Shown: one piece after another, positions 1 through 8,816 of the stretch | Position numbering within the stretch: the stretch's first letter is position 1 | How the letters are laid out: every line of letters begins with the position of its first letter | Origin: Patescibacteria group bacterium | GTDB lineage: Bacteria > Patescibacteriota > Doudnabacteria > UBA920 > VMFF01 | DNA length: 57,526 nucleotides | NCBI GenBank assembly: GCA_038065615.1 | Contig: JBBTQQ010000002.1 | Location: 1 to 57,526 of the forward strand | Direction: 5' to 3' | Program-made: the position numbers and the translations under genes | The notes under the pieces: model-generated | What the model was told of the DNA's origin: nothing | Databases searched by the model: none | Seen by the model: only the letters and a program-made list of their open reading frames with translations

Positions 1-67
1 CTGTCGGACTTGAACCGACCACCTGCGGTTTACGATACCGCTGCTCTACCAGATGAGCTAAGCCGGC
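1..67 (-). tRNA. tRNA-Thr (anticodon CGU), 3' end cut by window edge
   Basis: Reverse complement reads GCCGGCTTAGCTCATCTGGTAGAGCAGCGGTATCGTAAACCGCAGGTGGTCGGTTCAAGTCCGACAG. It has a D arm GCTC/GAGC, anticodon stem GCGGT/ACCGC with loop AT-CGT-AA, and T arm GTCGG-TTCAAGT-CCGAC. The backbone is nearly identical to the complete tRNA-Thr at 54521-54596. Confidence 0.85.
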
Positions 68-75
68 GTGTTGCT

Positions 76-111
76 CGGGCTCGCGTTGCTTAAAAAGCCA
101 ACGCGAGCCCG
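76..111. other. Strong GC hairpin 8 nt upstream of the tRNA-Thr(CGU) 5' end
   Basis: GGGCTCGCGTTG (77-88) pairs perfectly with CAACGCGAGCCC (99-110) around a 10-nt loop. There is no clear T-run on either side, so a terminator role is uncertain. Confidence 0.6.
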
Positions 112-116
112 TCTTG

Positions 117-410
117 CTACCACCCGAAGGAACTGAAACGCCTGGGCGAAGGATCAACTGGACGGAGCCGTCGCTGATACACCCTCTCAGCGCGAACATG
201 GTTCGCATCCAGACCTTTTGCCTCCTTCCCAGGCTTCGGCACATGGGCCGCGCATTTCACTCGCCACATGAAATCCGAGAAGAACAGAACTCCACCGACC
301 CAAACCATGCTCTCTCCAGGATGCATACGTTTCGCTCCCTTCAGGATCGACTTGCGACGCGCAATGTGTTTCTTGTCGATGTTCCGTTCGGGTTTCTTCG
401 TGTAATACAC
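117..410 (-). CDS. Candidate 97-aa basic protein inside GC-1 (speculative)
   Basis: GTG at 410 is preceded by AAGGGGGA with a 5-nt spacer. The ORF reads YYTKKPERNIDKKHIARRKSILKGAKRMHPGESMVWVGGVLFFSDFMW... and I recognise no family. The opposite strand is equally open, so this call is weak. Confidence 0.2.
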   Translation of the reverse strand: MYYTKKPERNIDKKHIARRKSILKGAKRMHPGESMVWVGGVLFFSDFMWRVKCAAHVPKPGKEAKGLDANHVRAERVYQRRLRPVDPSPRRFSSFGW

Positions 411-462
411 TGCTATCCCCCTTGTCCGTGTGGTCAACCTGAATCCTGCGATTGATGATGGT

Positions 463-491
463 ATGTTAAGGGGAAAATGAAATGAAGTCAA
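463..491 (-). promoter_or_regulatory. Candidate sigma70-like promoter reading into GC-1 and towards tRNA-Thr
   Basis: On the minus strand: TTGACT, 17 nt, TAACAT. Pattern match only. Confidence 0.25.
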
Positions 492-516
492 TAAAACCAC
501 TAGGGTTTGCTAGTGG
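491..516 (-). terminator. Rho-independent terminator of the LD-carboxypeptidase gene
   Basis: Hairpin CCACTAG-GGTTTG-CTAGTGG (497-516), followed on the minus strand by TTTTAT. Confidence 0.6.
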
Positions 517-546
517 CATATGTGCTAATATGTTCAACAATAAAAA

Positions 547-1533
547 CTAATGTTCAAGAATTGTCAGCTCTTTTTTTTCTTTGCTCACGTTCATGGAAAC
601 AATTCCACCAATAGGGAAAGTAATTATTGGACTAGTATGTCCAAAGTCTACATTTCCAACTATTGGAATATTTGCTAATTGTTTTTTTGACTTAATCATT
701 TGTCTGAATAGATCAAGGGTCATATGACTTTCTTTCTGAAATCTACCAATTACAATTCCTTTAACACCTGCAAAACCTGGTTGATGAATTAAAGATTGCA
801 GATCCCTGTCAAAATGATGAGGTTGAGATTCAGAGTCATCTTCAAGGAATAATATTGAATCCTTTAAGTCAGGCATATATTCTGTGCCTTGAAGTAAGTT
901 AAAGGTACAAAGATTAGCTCCTAACAAAACACCTTCAGCACTACCTTCGTTTAATATCCAGAAGCCTTCGTTTTTGAGCAGATTCCTTTCGTCTTGATTT
1001 TTGTACCATTCATCACCACTCCACTCCTTGCTTGGTGTTACTGAATACTTTTCAGAACTCATTAAACATTTCTTAAAAAAATCAAGAGTGTAATCAAAAT
1101 ATAATTTCTGTCCAAAAGTTGAATAATGGGGGCTGGAATATGTTACTAAGCCTGTTTTAGCAAAGATCGCGTTATTCAATGCTGTGATGTCAGAATATCC
1201 GCAAAAAACCTTAGGATTGTTTTTTATGATCTCCCAATCAATTGAGTCTAACAGTTGATTGCTATTAAAACCGCCAACTACTGATATGATGACTTTAACG
1301 TCTTTGTCTAAGAAAGCGCTATGTAAATCAGAAATTCTAGATGCTACAGAGGAAGAGTTGAAATCATTTTTTTCTTCTACGTGTTCCCCAAATGTTAAAG
1401 TCAACCCTATTTCTTCAAAATGGGACTTTGCAATATCTCTAACTTCCTGACTAATAAGCGCAAGCGAACGAGCTGGAGCAATAACTCTGACGATATCGCC
1501 TTTTTTTAATTTTGAAGGATATATCTTTTGCAT
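547..1533 (-). CDS. LD-carboxypeptidase (peptidase S66, LdcA/MccF-like)
   Basis: Family-typical segments GDIVRVIAPA, GGFNSNQLL, nucleophile context GYSDITAL, and C-terminal FGHTSP. ATG at 1533 (MQKIYPS...) is preferred over the track's GTG at 1551, which lies in the upstream hairpin. Confidence 0.8.
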   Translation of the reverse strand: MQKIYPSKLKKGDIVRVIAPARSLALISQEVRDIAKSHFEEIGLTLTFGEHVEEKNDFNSSSVASRISDLHSAFLDKDVKVIISVVGGFNSNQLLDSIDWEIIKNNPKVFCGYSDITALNNAIFAKTGLVTYSSPHYSTFGQKLYFDYTLDFFKKCLMSSEKYSVTPSKEWSGDEWYKNQDERNLLKNEGFWILNEGSAEGVLLGANLCTFNLLQGTEYMPDLKDSILFLEDDSESQPHHFDRDLQSLIHQPGFAGVKGIVIGRFQKESHMTLDLFRQMIKSKKQLANIPIVGNVDFGHTSPIITFPIGGIVSMNVSKEKKELTILEH

Positions 1534-1545
1534 TGTGTACAAACT

Positions 1546-1571
1546 AATCACCCGCTTTTAAAGCGGGTGAT
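1546..1571 (-). terminator. Hairpin terminator after the coiled-coil gene
   Basis: AATCACCCGC (1546-1555) pairs with GCGGGTGATT (1563-1572 region), immediately downstream of the stop at 1576. Confidence 0.5.
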
Positions 1572-1575
1572 TTAA

Positions 1576-2784
1576 TTATCTCTTTCGTTCTATACGTTCT
1601 AGCTCAGATAGAACTGCATGCTCCTTGTCGTGTAAACGATTCCACAAACTGTACATCGTTTTATTTTTTGGCTCTTGAAAAGCATCGTCCCAGCCTTTAT
1701 ATTTACCCACCATTCCTTTGGTCCCTTGTTCATACCTTTCTAAATTCGCAAACTGCTCTACTCGATCTCGGACCCTGGTGTTAATTCCACGCAAATTACC
1801 GATTATAACTGAACTTTCACGTGTTATAACCGCGTTTTCCTTCTCACCTCTTGCAACTTTGGTTACTAACTCTCCACGTGCATAAAATTCGTCAGCTATT
1901 AATACTCCATATTCTGCTTCTAAGGAATCCATTTCTTTTATTAAATCGTCCCTTTCTTTCCTGGCTTTCTCTAAATCAGCTAAAGCTACTTCATTTTGTA
2001 CGACTATTTCTCTGTTCTGAACTATTACATAGTCAATTGCAGCCTTATCTTTGCTAGCAAATAGTCCTAATTTTTTTCTTTTCTCGGCTAAACGTTCAAG
2101 AAACATTGGCTGATCAAACGATTCCAAAACTCTAGTCATATCCTCAACTGTTCTGAATGATCTGCGGGTTTGATCAATAACTTCGCGTAATCTCTCGCGG
2201 GCATGACTCGCCCTTTGCTCAGCTTCTGCTTGTTCTTCTCTTGCCTGCATAGACTTGGGCACAAGCGCTTCCATTCGTAAATAAATAGCGTCAGCCTTTT
2301 TTTCAAGTTCAACGTTTAACTGCTCAACTTCTTTTCTCAACCCTCTTTCTCCATGCTCGACATATGCATCTTTCAAAACTTCATCTTTAACTTCGGGAAT
2401 ACCCATAATTGCATCATATTTCTGTAATGACTCTTCTCTTTGTTGTTGCAAAGATATTATCAACTCTTTTAGCAACCTTAAATCTTCTTGATCTTTAGGG
2501 TCAGTTAGTAATCCGCCCTGTTCTTGGGCTTCAAAAAAAGTTAATGTTTTCTGAGCTTCTGCAAGCATAGAAACCAAACGCCTATCTTCAGCAACCATTG
2601 CTTCACGATCCCCTACCTGCTTTGTTACTTTTGCTGCTTTCTGAGCTTTAATTTCAGCAAAACGTGCTTCTAAATCAACCCTTTGCTGCTTTAAGTCTTC
2701 AACTGTTGGTGTCTCAGGTCTTTGCTCTTGTCCTTCTCCTACATCCTCTGGTCTTGGTCCTCCCTCACCTGGTGGTATAGTCAT
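1576..2784 (-). CDS. Hypothetical coiled-coil protein (402 aa)
   Basis: Long ORF, very E/K/R/Q/L-rich with a heptad-like character. No catalytic motif recognised. Confidence 0.6.
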   Translation of the reverse strand: MTIPPGEGGPRPEDVGEGQEQRPETPTVEDLKQQRVDLEARFAEIKAQKAAKVTKQVGDREAMVAEDRRLVSMLAEAQKTLTFFEAQEQGGLLTDPKDQEDLRLLKELIISLQQQREESLQKYDAIMGIPEVKDEVLKDAYVEHGERGLRKEVEQLNVELEKKADAIYLRMEALVPKSMQAREEQAEAEQRASHARERLREVIDQTRRSFRTVEDMTRVLESFDQPMFLERLAEKRKKLGLFASKDKAAIDYVIVQNREIVVQNEVALADLEKARKERDDLIKEMDSLEAEYGVLIADEFYARGELVTKVARGEKENAVITRESSVIIGNLRGINTRVRDRVEQFANLERYEQGTKGMVGKYKGWDDAFQEPKNKTMYSLWNRLHDKEHAVLSELERIERKR

Positions 2785-2859
2785 AAATGTAAAAATATTA
2801 ATGTTGCTAATCTATATAAATAATACTCTCAGGAACAACGTTATGCAATCTTTAAACTC

Positions 2860-2933
2860 TGGAGCGGGAAACGGGAATCGAACCCGTGTCTCAACCTTGG
2901 GAAGGTCGCGTTCTACCACTGAACCATACCCGC
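2860..2933 (-). tRNA. tRNA-Gly (anticodon CCC)
   Basis: Reverse complement GCGGGTATGGTTCAGTGGTAGAACGCGACCTTCCCAAGGTTGAGACACGGGTTCGATTCCCGTTTCCCGCTCCA. Anticodon stem CGACC/GGTTG with loop TT-CCC-AA, T arm ACGGG-TTCGATT-CCCGT, encoded CCA. There is one U-U mismatch in the acceptor stem. Confidence 0.9.
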
Positions 2934-2951
2934 AAGATTACAAGGTATATT

Positions 2952-3809
2952 TTACCTAACAAGCCTTAAAACAGTATAGCTTGGTTTTTGCGCTATTAGC
3001 CATTGCTCAAAATCAGCCGTCTTTATAAATATCTGCTGAACCTTGTAACGCTTTGAGTCTTTTGGTCCTTTTGAATCACTGGCAAGCACCTTGAATATAT
3101 GAATACCATATCTAGAATATGCGGTATGTACTTTTGTGTCTTTCGCTGATTCAACCTCACTGAAATATTCTGAAATTAAATCTTTGTAACTAACATATCC
3201 CAAATCTCCACCAAGCTGAGCGCTTAGAGCATCTTCACTATATGCTATTGCTACGTCATCTAACCCACTTCCTGAATCCAGCTTGGACATGATTAAGTCA
3301 TATTTTGAAAAAGCATCTTTGTTTAACTTTCTGTTTGAAGCAAGCCAAACAGCAAGCTTTGTTTTAACAACATCTGGATACACAAACCAATCCTTAAACT
3401 GACTTTCCGAGAGTTTGTATTCTTTTGCTAACTCTGATTTTTGTGTTGTCTCTTTAAGCAATGCGTATGCTGAATCTACCTCTTTGCTTGAAACTGTAAT
3501 TCCTTTAGCTGAAAGAAGACTATCTGCAATCTTGTTTAAGACAAGCTGATTTATGAGTAGCCCTTTCTGTTCTGTGCTTAGCTTTGTTTTCTTTACCTCT
3601 TCAGAAACATCAAAACGCGTGAAATATTCTCCAAGTGTTACCACTTTAGAGTTAACAAACATTGCTGGTAGTGGAATATATCTAAAAAGTTTTTTTCCCA
3701 AAACTGAAGAAACTGGCAAGATATATGCTTGTAATATGAAAAGAAGAATTAAACCTAAAATTAAAAACCAGATTCTTTTTTTTGTCTTTGCTTTTATTCT
3801 CTTAGACAT
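2952..3809 (-). CDS. Membrane-anchored peptidyl-prolyl isomerase (parvulin/PpiC type, SurA/PrsA-like)
   Basis: N-terminal TM segment (RIWFLILGLILLFILQAYIL) and a C-terminal parvulin-like stretch GGDLGYVSYKDL...YGIHIFKV. Confidence 0.65.
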   Translation of the reverse strand: MSKRIKAKTKKRIWFLILGLILLFILQAYILPVSSVLGKKLFRYIPLPAMFVNSKVVTLGEYFTRFDVSEEVKKTKLSTEQKGLLINQLVLNKIADSLLSAKGITVSSKEVDSAYALLKETTQKSELAKEYKLSESQFKDWFVYPDVVKTKLAVWLASNRKLNKDAFSKYDLIMSKLDSGSGLDDVAIAYSEDALSAQLGGDLGYVSYKDLISEYFSEVESAKDTKVHTAYSRYGIHIFKVLASDSKGPKDSKRYKVQQIFIKTADFEQWLIAQKPSYTVLRLVR

Positions 3810-3811
3810 GT

Positions 3812-4207
3812 TTAAGGATTACCCCCTCTTAGGAAATATGTCACCCATTTATTAAAATTAGATTGATTTGCATTTTCTTGTTTTGTTGCTTCTTCTTGAT
3901 TAACAATTTCTGTTTGTGGACTTAGGGCTGAGAAAGAATACACAACTTCACCTTCTTTTTTAAGGTTTAACTGTTGTCTTGCTGCTTGTTCTTTGTAACT
4001 ATCTGTTTTCAAATATGCAATGAAGTTCTTAACCTCTTCGTTATTCTTTTGAATCTGGTCTGCTTGTTTAGTTAAAGCATCAATTTCTTTTTGAATGCTA
4101 TGTCTGTTTCTAAACTGACCAAAGCTTACAACTAAAAGAAAAAGCAGGAATATTGATCCGCCTATTACAAACGCCCTGCTCTGGATTATATCTTTAAACT
4201 TAGACAT
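3812..4207 (-). CDS. Septum formation initiator-like protein (FtsB/DivIC family)
   Basis: 131 aa with a single N-terminal TM followed by a coiled coil (IQKEIDALTKQADQIQKNNEEVKNFIAYLK). Typical architecture and cell-division context. Confidence 0.5.
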   Translation of the reverse strand: MSKFKDIIQSRAFVIGGSIFLLFLLVVSFGQFRNRHSIQKEIDALTKQADQIQKNNEEVKNFIAYLKTDSYKEQAARQQLNLKKEGEVVYSFSALSPQTEIVNQEEATKQENANQSNFNKWVTYFLRGGNP

Positions 4208-4210
4208 AGC

Positions 4211-4774
4211 TTAAATACTTCTTTTAGGCTTTATGAAAACCTTAGCAAACTCAGGTTGAGTGTATGCAGTCTTAGTGCTTGAATTTGCACCATACTCTAA
4301 ATGAACTTTCCAGATATAGTCTTTAACCTTTGAAGGATTAGGAATTGCTCTTAAAATTAAAGAATGATCTAACCCAACCACTTCTACTAAAACATCACCA
4401 TAATGAAAGAGGGTTGAGGAAACTCCTGTGGTTCTAAAACTAACATTTAAAATACGATCAAGGGGTGTTTCAATAACTGTTTTTTTAAACAACCCAGTAT
4501 GAACAATGTGTAAAAGTCTTTTTGAAGTAACTATATATACATTAACTGACCAAATGATAAAAGCATGCAACGCAAACATTGCAACAAGAACTGTCCATCC
4601 AATGAAAATCTGAGCGTGGGTGGTTGTTGAAAATATGAAGTCGTACTTTAAACCAAGGAACCAAGGAATGAAAATAAAAAGAAAAATCTGGAAAACTTTA
4701 GGCACAAGTGTAATCTCGTGCTTTCTGTAAACCGCTAAAAGTTGTTCATCACTATGAAGTTGGTGTGAAAACAT
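4211..4774 (-). CDS. Membrane protein with bacterial PH (YdbT-like, bPH_2) domain
   Basis: Two TM helices followed by KRLLHIVHTGLFKKTVIETPLDRILNVSF...GDVLVEVVG, which resembles the membrane-flanked PH fold family. Confidence 0.5.
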   Translation of the reverse strand: MFSHQLHSDEQLLAVYRKHEITLVPKVFQIFLFIFIPWFLGLKYDFIFSTTTHAQIFIGWTVLVAMFALHAFIIWSVNVYIVTSKRLLHIVHTGLFKKTVIETPLDRILNVSFRTTGVSSTLFHYGDVLVEVVGLDHSLILRAIPNPSKVKDYIWKVHLEYGANSSTKTAYTQPEFAKVFIKPKRSI

Positions 4775-4781
4775 TTTTGTT

Positions 4782-4886
4782 TCAATATACTGATGATTGA
4801 GAGAAAAGCATTAAAATCATGGACAAAACAACAAGGAATATGACTATGTTAACTACTATCTGAGCTTTTTTTCTGTTCCTAAACAT
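4782..4886 (-). CDS. Possible 34-aa single-TM micro-protein (below ORF-track cutoff)
   Basis: Hand translation gives MFRNRKKAQIVVNIVIFLVVLSMILMLFSQSSVY. It fills the gap between two genes, but I see no clear SD. Confidence 0.2.
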   Translation of the reverse strand: MFRNRKKAQIVVNIVIFLVVLSMILMLFSQSSVY

Positions 4887-4899
4887 ATATTTAAGTATA

Positions 4900-5460
4900 T
4901 CACAAAGCCTTCATTTTTTTAGCTGCAAGCAAAATACCTACCACAGTGCTAGTGAACGTAATCTTGCTACTTAGAATCATAGAAACAGCTTTTTTCAAAG
5001 GAACAAACTGCATTGAGCTGATTCCTTCTACAAACATATCAGAGCCAGAACCTTGTTTTTTTAAGTCCTGAGCTAAATATATATGGGTTTCTGAATTAGT
5101 ATGGCTTGGCATCGGGTTACAGATACATAACCTTGACCATTTTTTTGCAACCAAACCTGTTTCTTCAAAGAGTTCTTTTTTGGCTGTGAATAAAGGGGTA
5201 TGATTTTTTTCTACTCCGCCTCCTGGTAATTCCAAAAACTTTCTTTTGTAGACATACCTGTACTGTGAAATTAAACAAACTTCTTTTTTGGAATTAAGCG
5301 CAACAATTAAAACACCGTTTGTTAATTTAACGTGGGTGTACTCATGTTTTTTACCGTCTGGCAGATATATTTCATCAAGATAGTAAGTACGGAAAGGATG
5401 TTTATACAAAACTTTCCTAGAAACTCTTTGCCAAGCTTTGAATTTTGGTTTCTTTTTCAT
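4900..5460 (-). CDS. NUDIX hydrolase (ADP-ribose pyrophosphatase-like)
   Basis: Nudix box GGGVEKNHTPLFTAKKELFEETG. Confidence 0.85.
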   Translation of the reverse strand: MKKKPKFKAWQRVSRKVLYKHPFRTYYLDEIYLPDGKKHEYTHVKLTNGVLIVALNSKKEVCLISQYRYVYKRKFLELPGGGVEKNHTPLFTAKKELFEETGLVAKKWSRLCICNPMPSHTNSETHIYLAQDLKKQGSGSDMFVEGISSMQFVPLKKAVSMILSSKITFTSTVVGILLAAKKMKAL

Positions 5461-5462
5461 AG

Positions 5463-7247
5463 CTATTTCTTTAATACTGCAAGAAACGCTTCTTGAGGGA
5501 TTTCTACCCTGCCAACCATTTTCATTCGCTTTTTTCCTTTTTTTTGTTTGTTTAGAAGCTTCATCTTACGAGTAACGTCACCACCATAGAGATATCCAGT
5601 AACATCTTTACGGTATGCTTTGATTGTTTCGCGAGCAATGACCTTACCACCAATTGCTGCTTGTAATGCAATTTCAAACTGTTGTTTAGGAATTAAATCT
5701 TTCAACTTTGCTATTAAATCACGCCCATCTGATTCAGCTGTTGACCTATGAGCAATCATTGATAATGCTTCTACTGGCTCTCCGGAAACAAGAATATCGA
5801 TCTTAGAAAGCTCCCCTGTCCTGCTATCTATGAAATCATAATTTAAAGATGCATAACCAGATGAAACGCTTTTTAGCTTGTCATAGAAATCAACAATAAT
5901 ATTTGCAAGAGGCATTTCAAATTCCATTAAAACCCTGTCTTGTCCTAAATACTTAATGTCCTTGCTTATGGCTCTTCTTTGAATTGAAATATCAAGGATT
6001 GAACCAATGTATTCCGCAGGAGTTAATATTTCAACTTTCATCCAAGGTTCCTGAACACTTCCAATAATCGAAGGATCAGGCCATTCAGCAGGAGTATGAA
6101 TGACTTTTTCCTGTCCATTAGTTAATGTAATGCGATATGCAACGCTTGGCGCTGTTAAAACAAGGTCTAAACCATATTCCCTTGAAAGTCTTTCCTGAAC
6201 AATATCCATGTGCAAAAGACCCAAGAAACCTGTTCTAAAACCAAAACCAATTGAAGGAATGTTCTCTGGTTCAAAAGACAAAGCAGCGTCAGAGAGTTTT
6301 AATTTCTCCATAGCATCTCGCAACTCTGGATAGTCTTCTGCTGAAGTTGGAAAGATTGTTGCGTAAACCATTGGCTTAACCATCTTGTAACCAGGAAGCT
6401 GTTTTACATCTTTAAACTCTTTAAGAGTCACTGTATCTCCTACTCTAGCTTTTGAAACATCACGCAAACCTGTAACAATGTATCCTACTTCCCCAGTTTT
6501 AATTTCTGGTTGAGCTTCAAACTTAGGTCTGAAGAATCCTATCTCCAAAGCTTGTGCTTCAGTGTTTGTTCCAATCATCCTGATGGACTTGTTTTTTGTA
6601 ATACTCCCATCAAATATTCTAATGAAAGAAACAACACCTCTATGATTGTCATAGATTGAATCAAAAATCAAAGCTCTTAAAGGACTATCAGGATTTCCAG
6701 TTGGTGCCGGAACTCTTTCCACAACTGTTTTTAATATCTCATCAACTCCTTCACCGGTTTTTCCAGAAGCATACAAGAGTTCTTCTTCTTTAAATCCAAA
6801 TATCTTAATTATTTCCTCAGCAGTTTTCTTCCTATCAGAGTTTGGTAAATCAATCTTGTTAACCACTGGTATTATTTTCAAGTTATGCTCTAAAGCCAAA
6901 TGAACGTTTGCAAGTGTTTGCGCTTCAATCCCTTGCGTTGAATCAACAACTAAAATAGCCCCTTCGCAACAAGCGAGTGAACGAGAAACCTCATATGTAA
7001 AGTCAACGTGTCCTGGAGTATCAATTAAATTCAAAATATATTCTTTTCCATCCAGTTTGTAATCCATTCTGACAGGCTGCAACTTGATTGTAATCCCGCG
7101 TTCTCTTTCTAGATCCATCTGATCTAAAATCTGATCTTTCATTTCTCTCTTTGAAACAGTATTGGTAAATTCCAAAAGACGGTCTGCTAAAGTAGACTTT
7201 CCGTGGTCAATATGCGCAATAATGCAGAAATTACGTATGTTTTGCAT
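5463..7247 (-). CDS. lepA: Translation elongation factor 4 (LepA)
   Basis: N-terminal GTPase NFCIIAHIDHGKSTLADRLL, DTPGHVDF, NKIDL, and full-length LepA-like C-terminus. Confidence 0.95.
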   Translation of the reverse strand: MQNIRNFCIIAHIDHGKSTLADRLLEFTNTVSKREMKDQILDQMDLERERGITIKLQPVRMDYKLDGKEYILNLIDTPGHVDFTYEVSRSLACCEGAILVVDSTQGIEAQTLANVHLALEHNLKIIPVVNKIDLPNSDRKKTAEEIIKIFGFKEEELLYASGKTGEGVDEILKTVVERVPAPTGNPDSPLRALIFDSIYDNHRGVVSFIRIFDGSITKNKSIRMIGTNTEAQALEIGFFRPKFEAQPEIKTGEVGYIVTGLRDVSKARVGDTVTLKEFKDVKQLPGYKMVKPMVYATIFPTSAEDYPELRDAMEKLKLSDAALSFEPENIPSIGFGFRTGFLGLLHMDIVQERLSREYGLDLVLTAPSVAYRITLTNGQEKVIHTPAEWPDPSIIGSVQEPWMKVEILTPAEYIGSILDISIQRRAISKDIKYLGQDRVLMEFEMPLANIIVDFYDKLKSVSSGYASLNYDFIDSRTGELSKIDILVSGEPVEALSMIAHRSTAESDGRDLIAKLKDLIPKQQFEIALQAAIGGKVIARETIKAYRKDVTGYLYGGDVTRKMKLLNKQKKGKKRMKMVGRVEIPQEAFLAVLKK

Positions 7248-7256
7248 CCCTGAATT

Positions 7257-8816
7257 CTATCTTAAAAACCTTCTACGCACAACACCCAAAGCGCTCTTTG
7301 CTTCCTTAATATCCAAAGCAACAGCAGCTGCAAAATATATTGCTAAACCAGCAATTCCAGCAAGGAAACCTTGAGAGAATATTGTAATGACTGTGTTGTT
7401 ACCAAAATGAGAAGCAAAGACCTGTAAAGAAATATATGTCACAGCAGCAAGCATTGCACTCGCTAGAATAATCTTTGCGCTTGATTTAAAAATGTAATAG
7501 CTATCAAAATCTTTAACCTTGAAAGTTAATAAAAGATACAACAAGAAAGCATTAAGTAAACTGGAAATTGTAAAACCCCAGATAATACCATATGCGCCTA
7601 GAGTTCTTGAAAGAAAAATTGAGAAAAGCACATTCATCCCAAGACTAAACAAACCAACTAAAACCGGGGTTAATGTGTTCTGCCTTGCATAGAAAGCCCT
7701 TGAAAAAAGTGGTGAAAGACCTTGCGCAAAAACACTGACTGCAAATATTCCAAGCATGTTCGCTGTTAACTTGGTTGCTTGCCAATCAAAATTCCCTGAA
7801 CCTAAAACCACACGAACAATCTGAGCACGAAGCAATATTAAAAGAACTGAAATTGGAATTAAGAAAAACAATATATTAACAACTGTTTTACTTAAAGTCT
7901 CTCCGAACTTTTGATGATCCTCTCTTGAGAAATGTTCTGAAAGATCAGGAAAAGCCGCTGTTGCAAAAGAAATACCAAACATCCCAATCGCAACCGCCTG
8001 TATATTATTAGCAAGATTAAAACCAGAAACAGTTCCTGACATCAAAGTTGTTCCAATAATAGACGCGACTAGCAAACTAATCTGCGAGTTATCAATCCCT
8101 AAAATCCTAGGAACAAAAAGCTTCGCGATCTTTCTAACTCCAGGGTTTTTAAAATCCAAATTTGGTTTTAATTTAAACCCTGAAGCAAGAGCACCAAACA
8201 TCTGAATACATAGATGCAACAAGGCTCCAAGGATCACACCATAAGCTAAACCCTTAATTCCATATATTGGATACAGGTATACAACACCAAAAATTATCCC
8301 AAAATTGTATATTATAGGTGCTAAAGAAACTAAAACAAAACGTCTAAGAGCATTTAAAACACTCCCAAAAACACTTGAGATTGTAAAGATAATCGGAGAA
8401 AGCAAGAATATCTTTGTTAGCATTACAGTGTCATCAAACTGCTTGCCACTAAACCCAGGCGCCATTAAATGAGTTATCTGTGGCACAAAGACATACAACA
8501 CCAAACAAACCACAGACATACCAAAAAAAGTAACACTCAAAATTGTATTCGCAATACTGTTTGCTTCTTTTTTGTCTTTAATGAAATAATCTGTAAAAAC
8601 AGGGATGAAAGCAACAGAAAGAGTTCCTAAGATTAGAAGATTAAAAACCAGGTCCGGGAGTCTAAAAGCAACGTAATACGTATCTAGTGTTTCTCCAATG
8701 CTAAACTTTCCTGCAAGCAAGTGGTCTCTGTATAGACCTACTAATCTTGAAAGCAAAGTAAAAAATGCAAGAATAGCTGCTGATTTTAAGATGGTTGTTT
8801 TTTGATTAACGTTCAT
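7257..8816 (-). CDS. murJ: Lipid II flippase MurJ (MviN)
   Basis: 519-aa polytopic membrane protein. N-terminal SRLVGLYRDHLLAGKFSIGETLDTYYVAFRLPD is typical of MurJ. Cell-wall gene context. Confidence 0.85.
   Translation of the reverse strand: MNVNQKTTILKSAAILAFFTLLSRLVGLYRDHLLAGKFSIGETLDTYYVAFRLPDLVFNLLILGTLSVAFIPVFTDYFIKDKKEANSIANTILSVTFFGMSVVCLVLYVFVPQITHLMAPGFSGKQFDDTVMLTKIFLLSPIIFTISSVFGSVLNALRRFVLVSLAPIIYNFGIIFGVVYLYPIYGIKGLAYGVILGALLHLCIQMFGALASGFKLKPNLDFKNPGVRKIAKLFVPRILGIDNSQISLLVASIIGTTLMSGTVSGFNLANNIQAVAIGMFGISFATAAFPDLSEHFSREDHQKFGETLSKTVVNILFFLIPISVLLILLRAQIVRVVLGSGNFDWQATKLTANMLGIFAVSVFAQGLSPLFSRAFYARQNTLTPVLVGLFSLGMNVLFSIFLSRTLGAYGIIWGFTISSLLNAFLLYLLLTFKVKDFDSYYIFKSSAKIILASAMLAAVTYISLQVFASHFGNNTVITIFSQGFLAGIAGLAIYFAAAVALDIKEAKSALGVVRRRFLR

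Larger units (their letters stand above)
68..455. other. GC-rich patch GC-1, coding status unresolved
   Basis: Line 121-180 counts 36/60 G+C (60%), against 33-45% in host lines. Long ORFs are open on both strands (114-455 plus, 117-500 minus), and a third minus frame is also largely stop-free. The patch lies between the terminator of the LD-carboxypeptidase gene and the 5' end of tRNA-Thr(CGU). Confidence 0.6.

Noticed and set aside
192-206. Palindrome GCGAACATGGTTCGC in GC-1 as a LexA (Cheo) box
   Set aside because: The half-site spacing is 3 nt (GAAC-ATG-GTTC) rather than the canonical 4, and it is not positioned over a promoter.
68-455. GC-1 (and GC-4) as RNase P RNA, SRP RNA or tmRNA, suggested by short matches such as AACGCCTGGG (plus strand) and GGGAAGGAGGCA (minus strand)
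   Set aside because: The defining elements are missing: no GAGGAAAGTCC / ACAGAAnCCGGCTTA P4 pair, no GGAA-tetraloop SRP helix-8 context, and no tRNA-like 3' end or tag ORF. The short matches are most likely chance in GC-rich sequence. Rfam cmscan would settle it.
114-500. Two long, fully overlapping ORFs on opposite strands (113 aa plus, 127 aa minus) in GC-1
   Set aside because: In a roughly 60% G+C stretch, stop codons are rare in most frames, so ORF length alone is not evidence. I keep only a low-confidence candidate (117-410, because of its SD and GTG) and treat coding status as unresolved.
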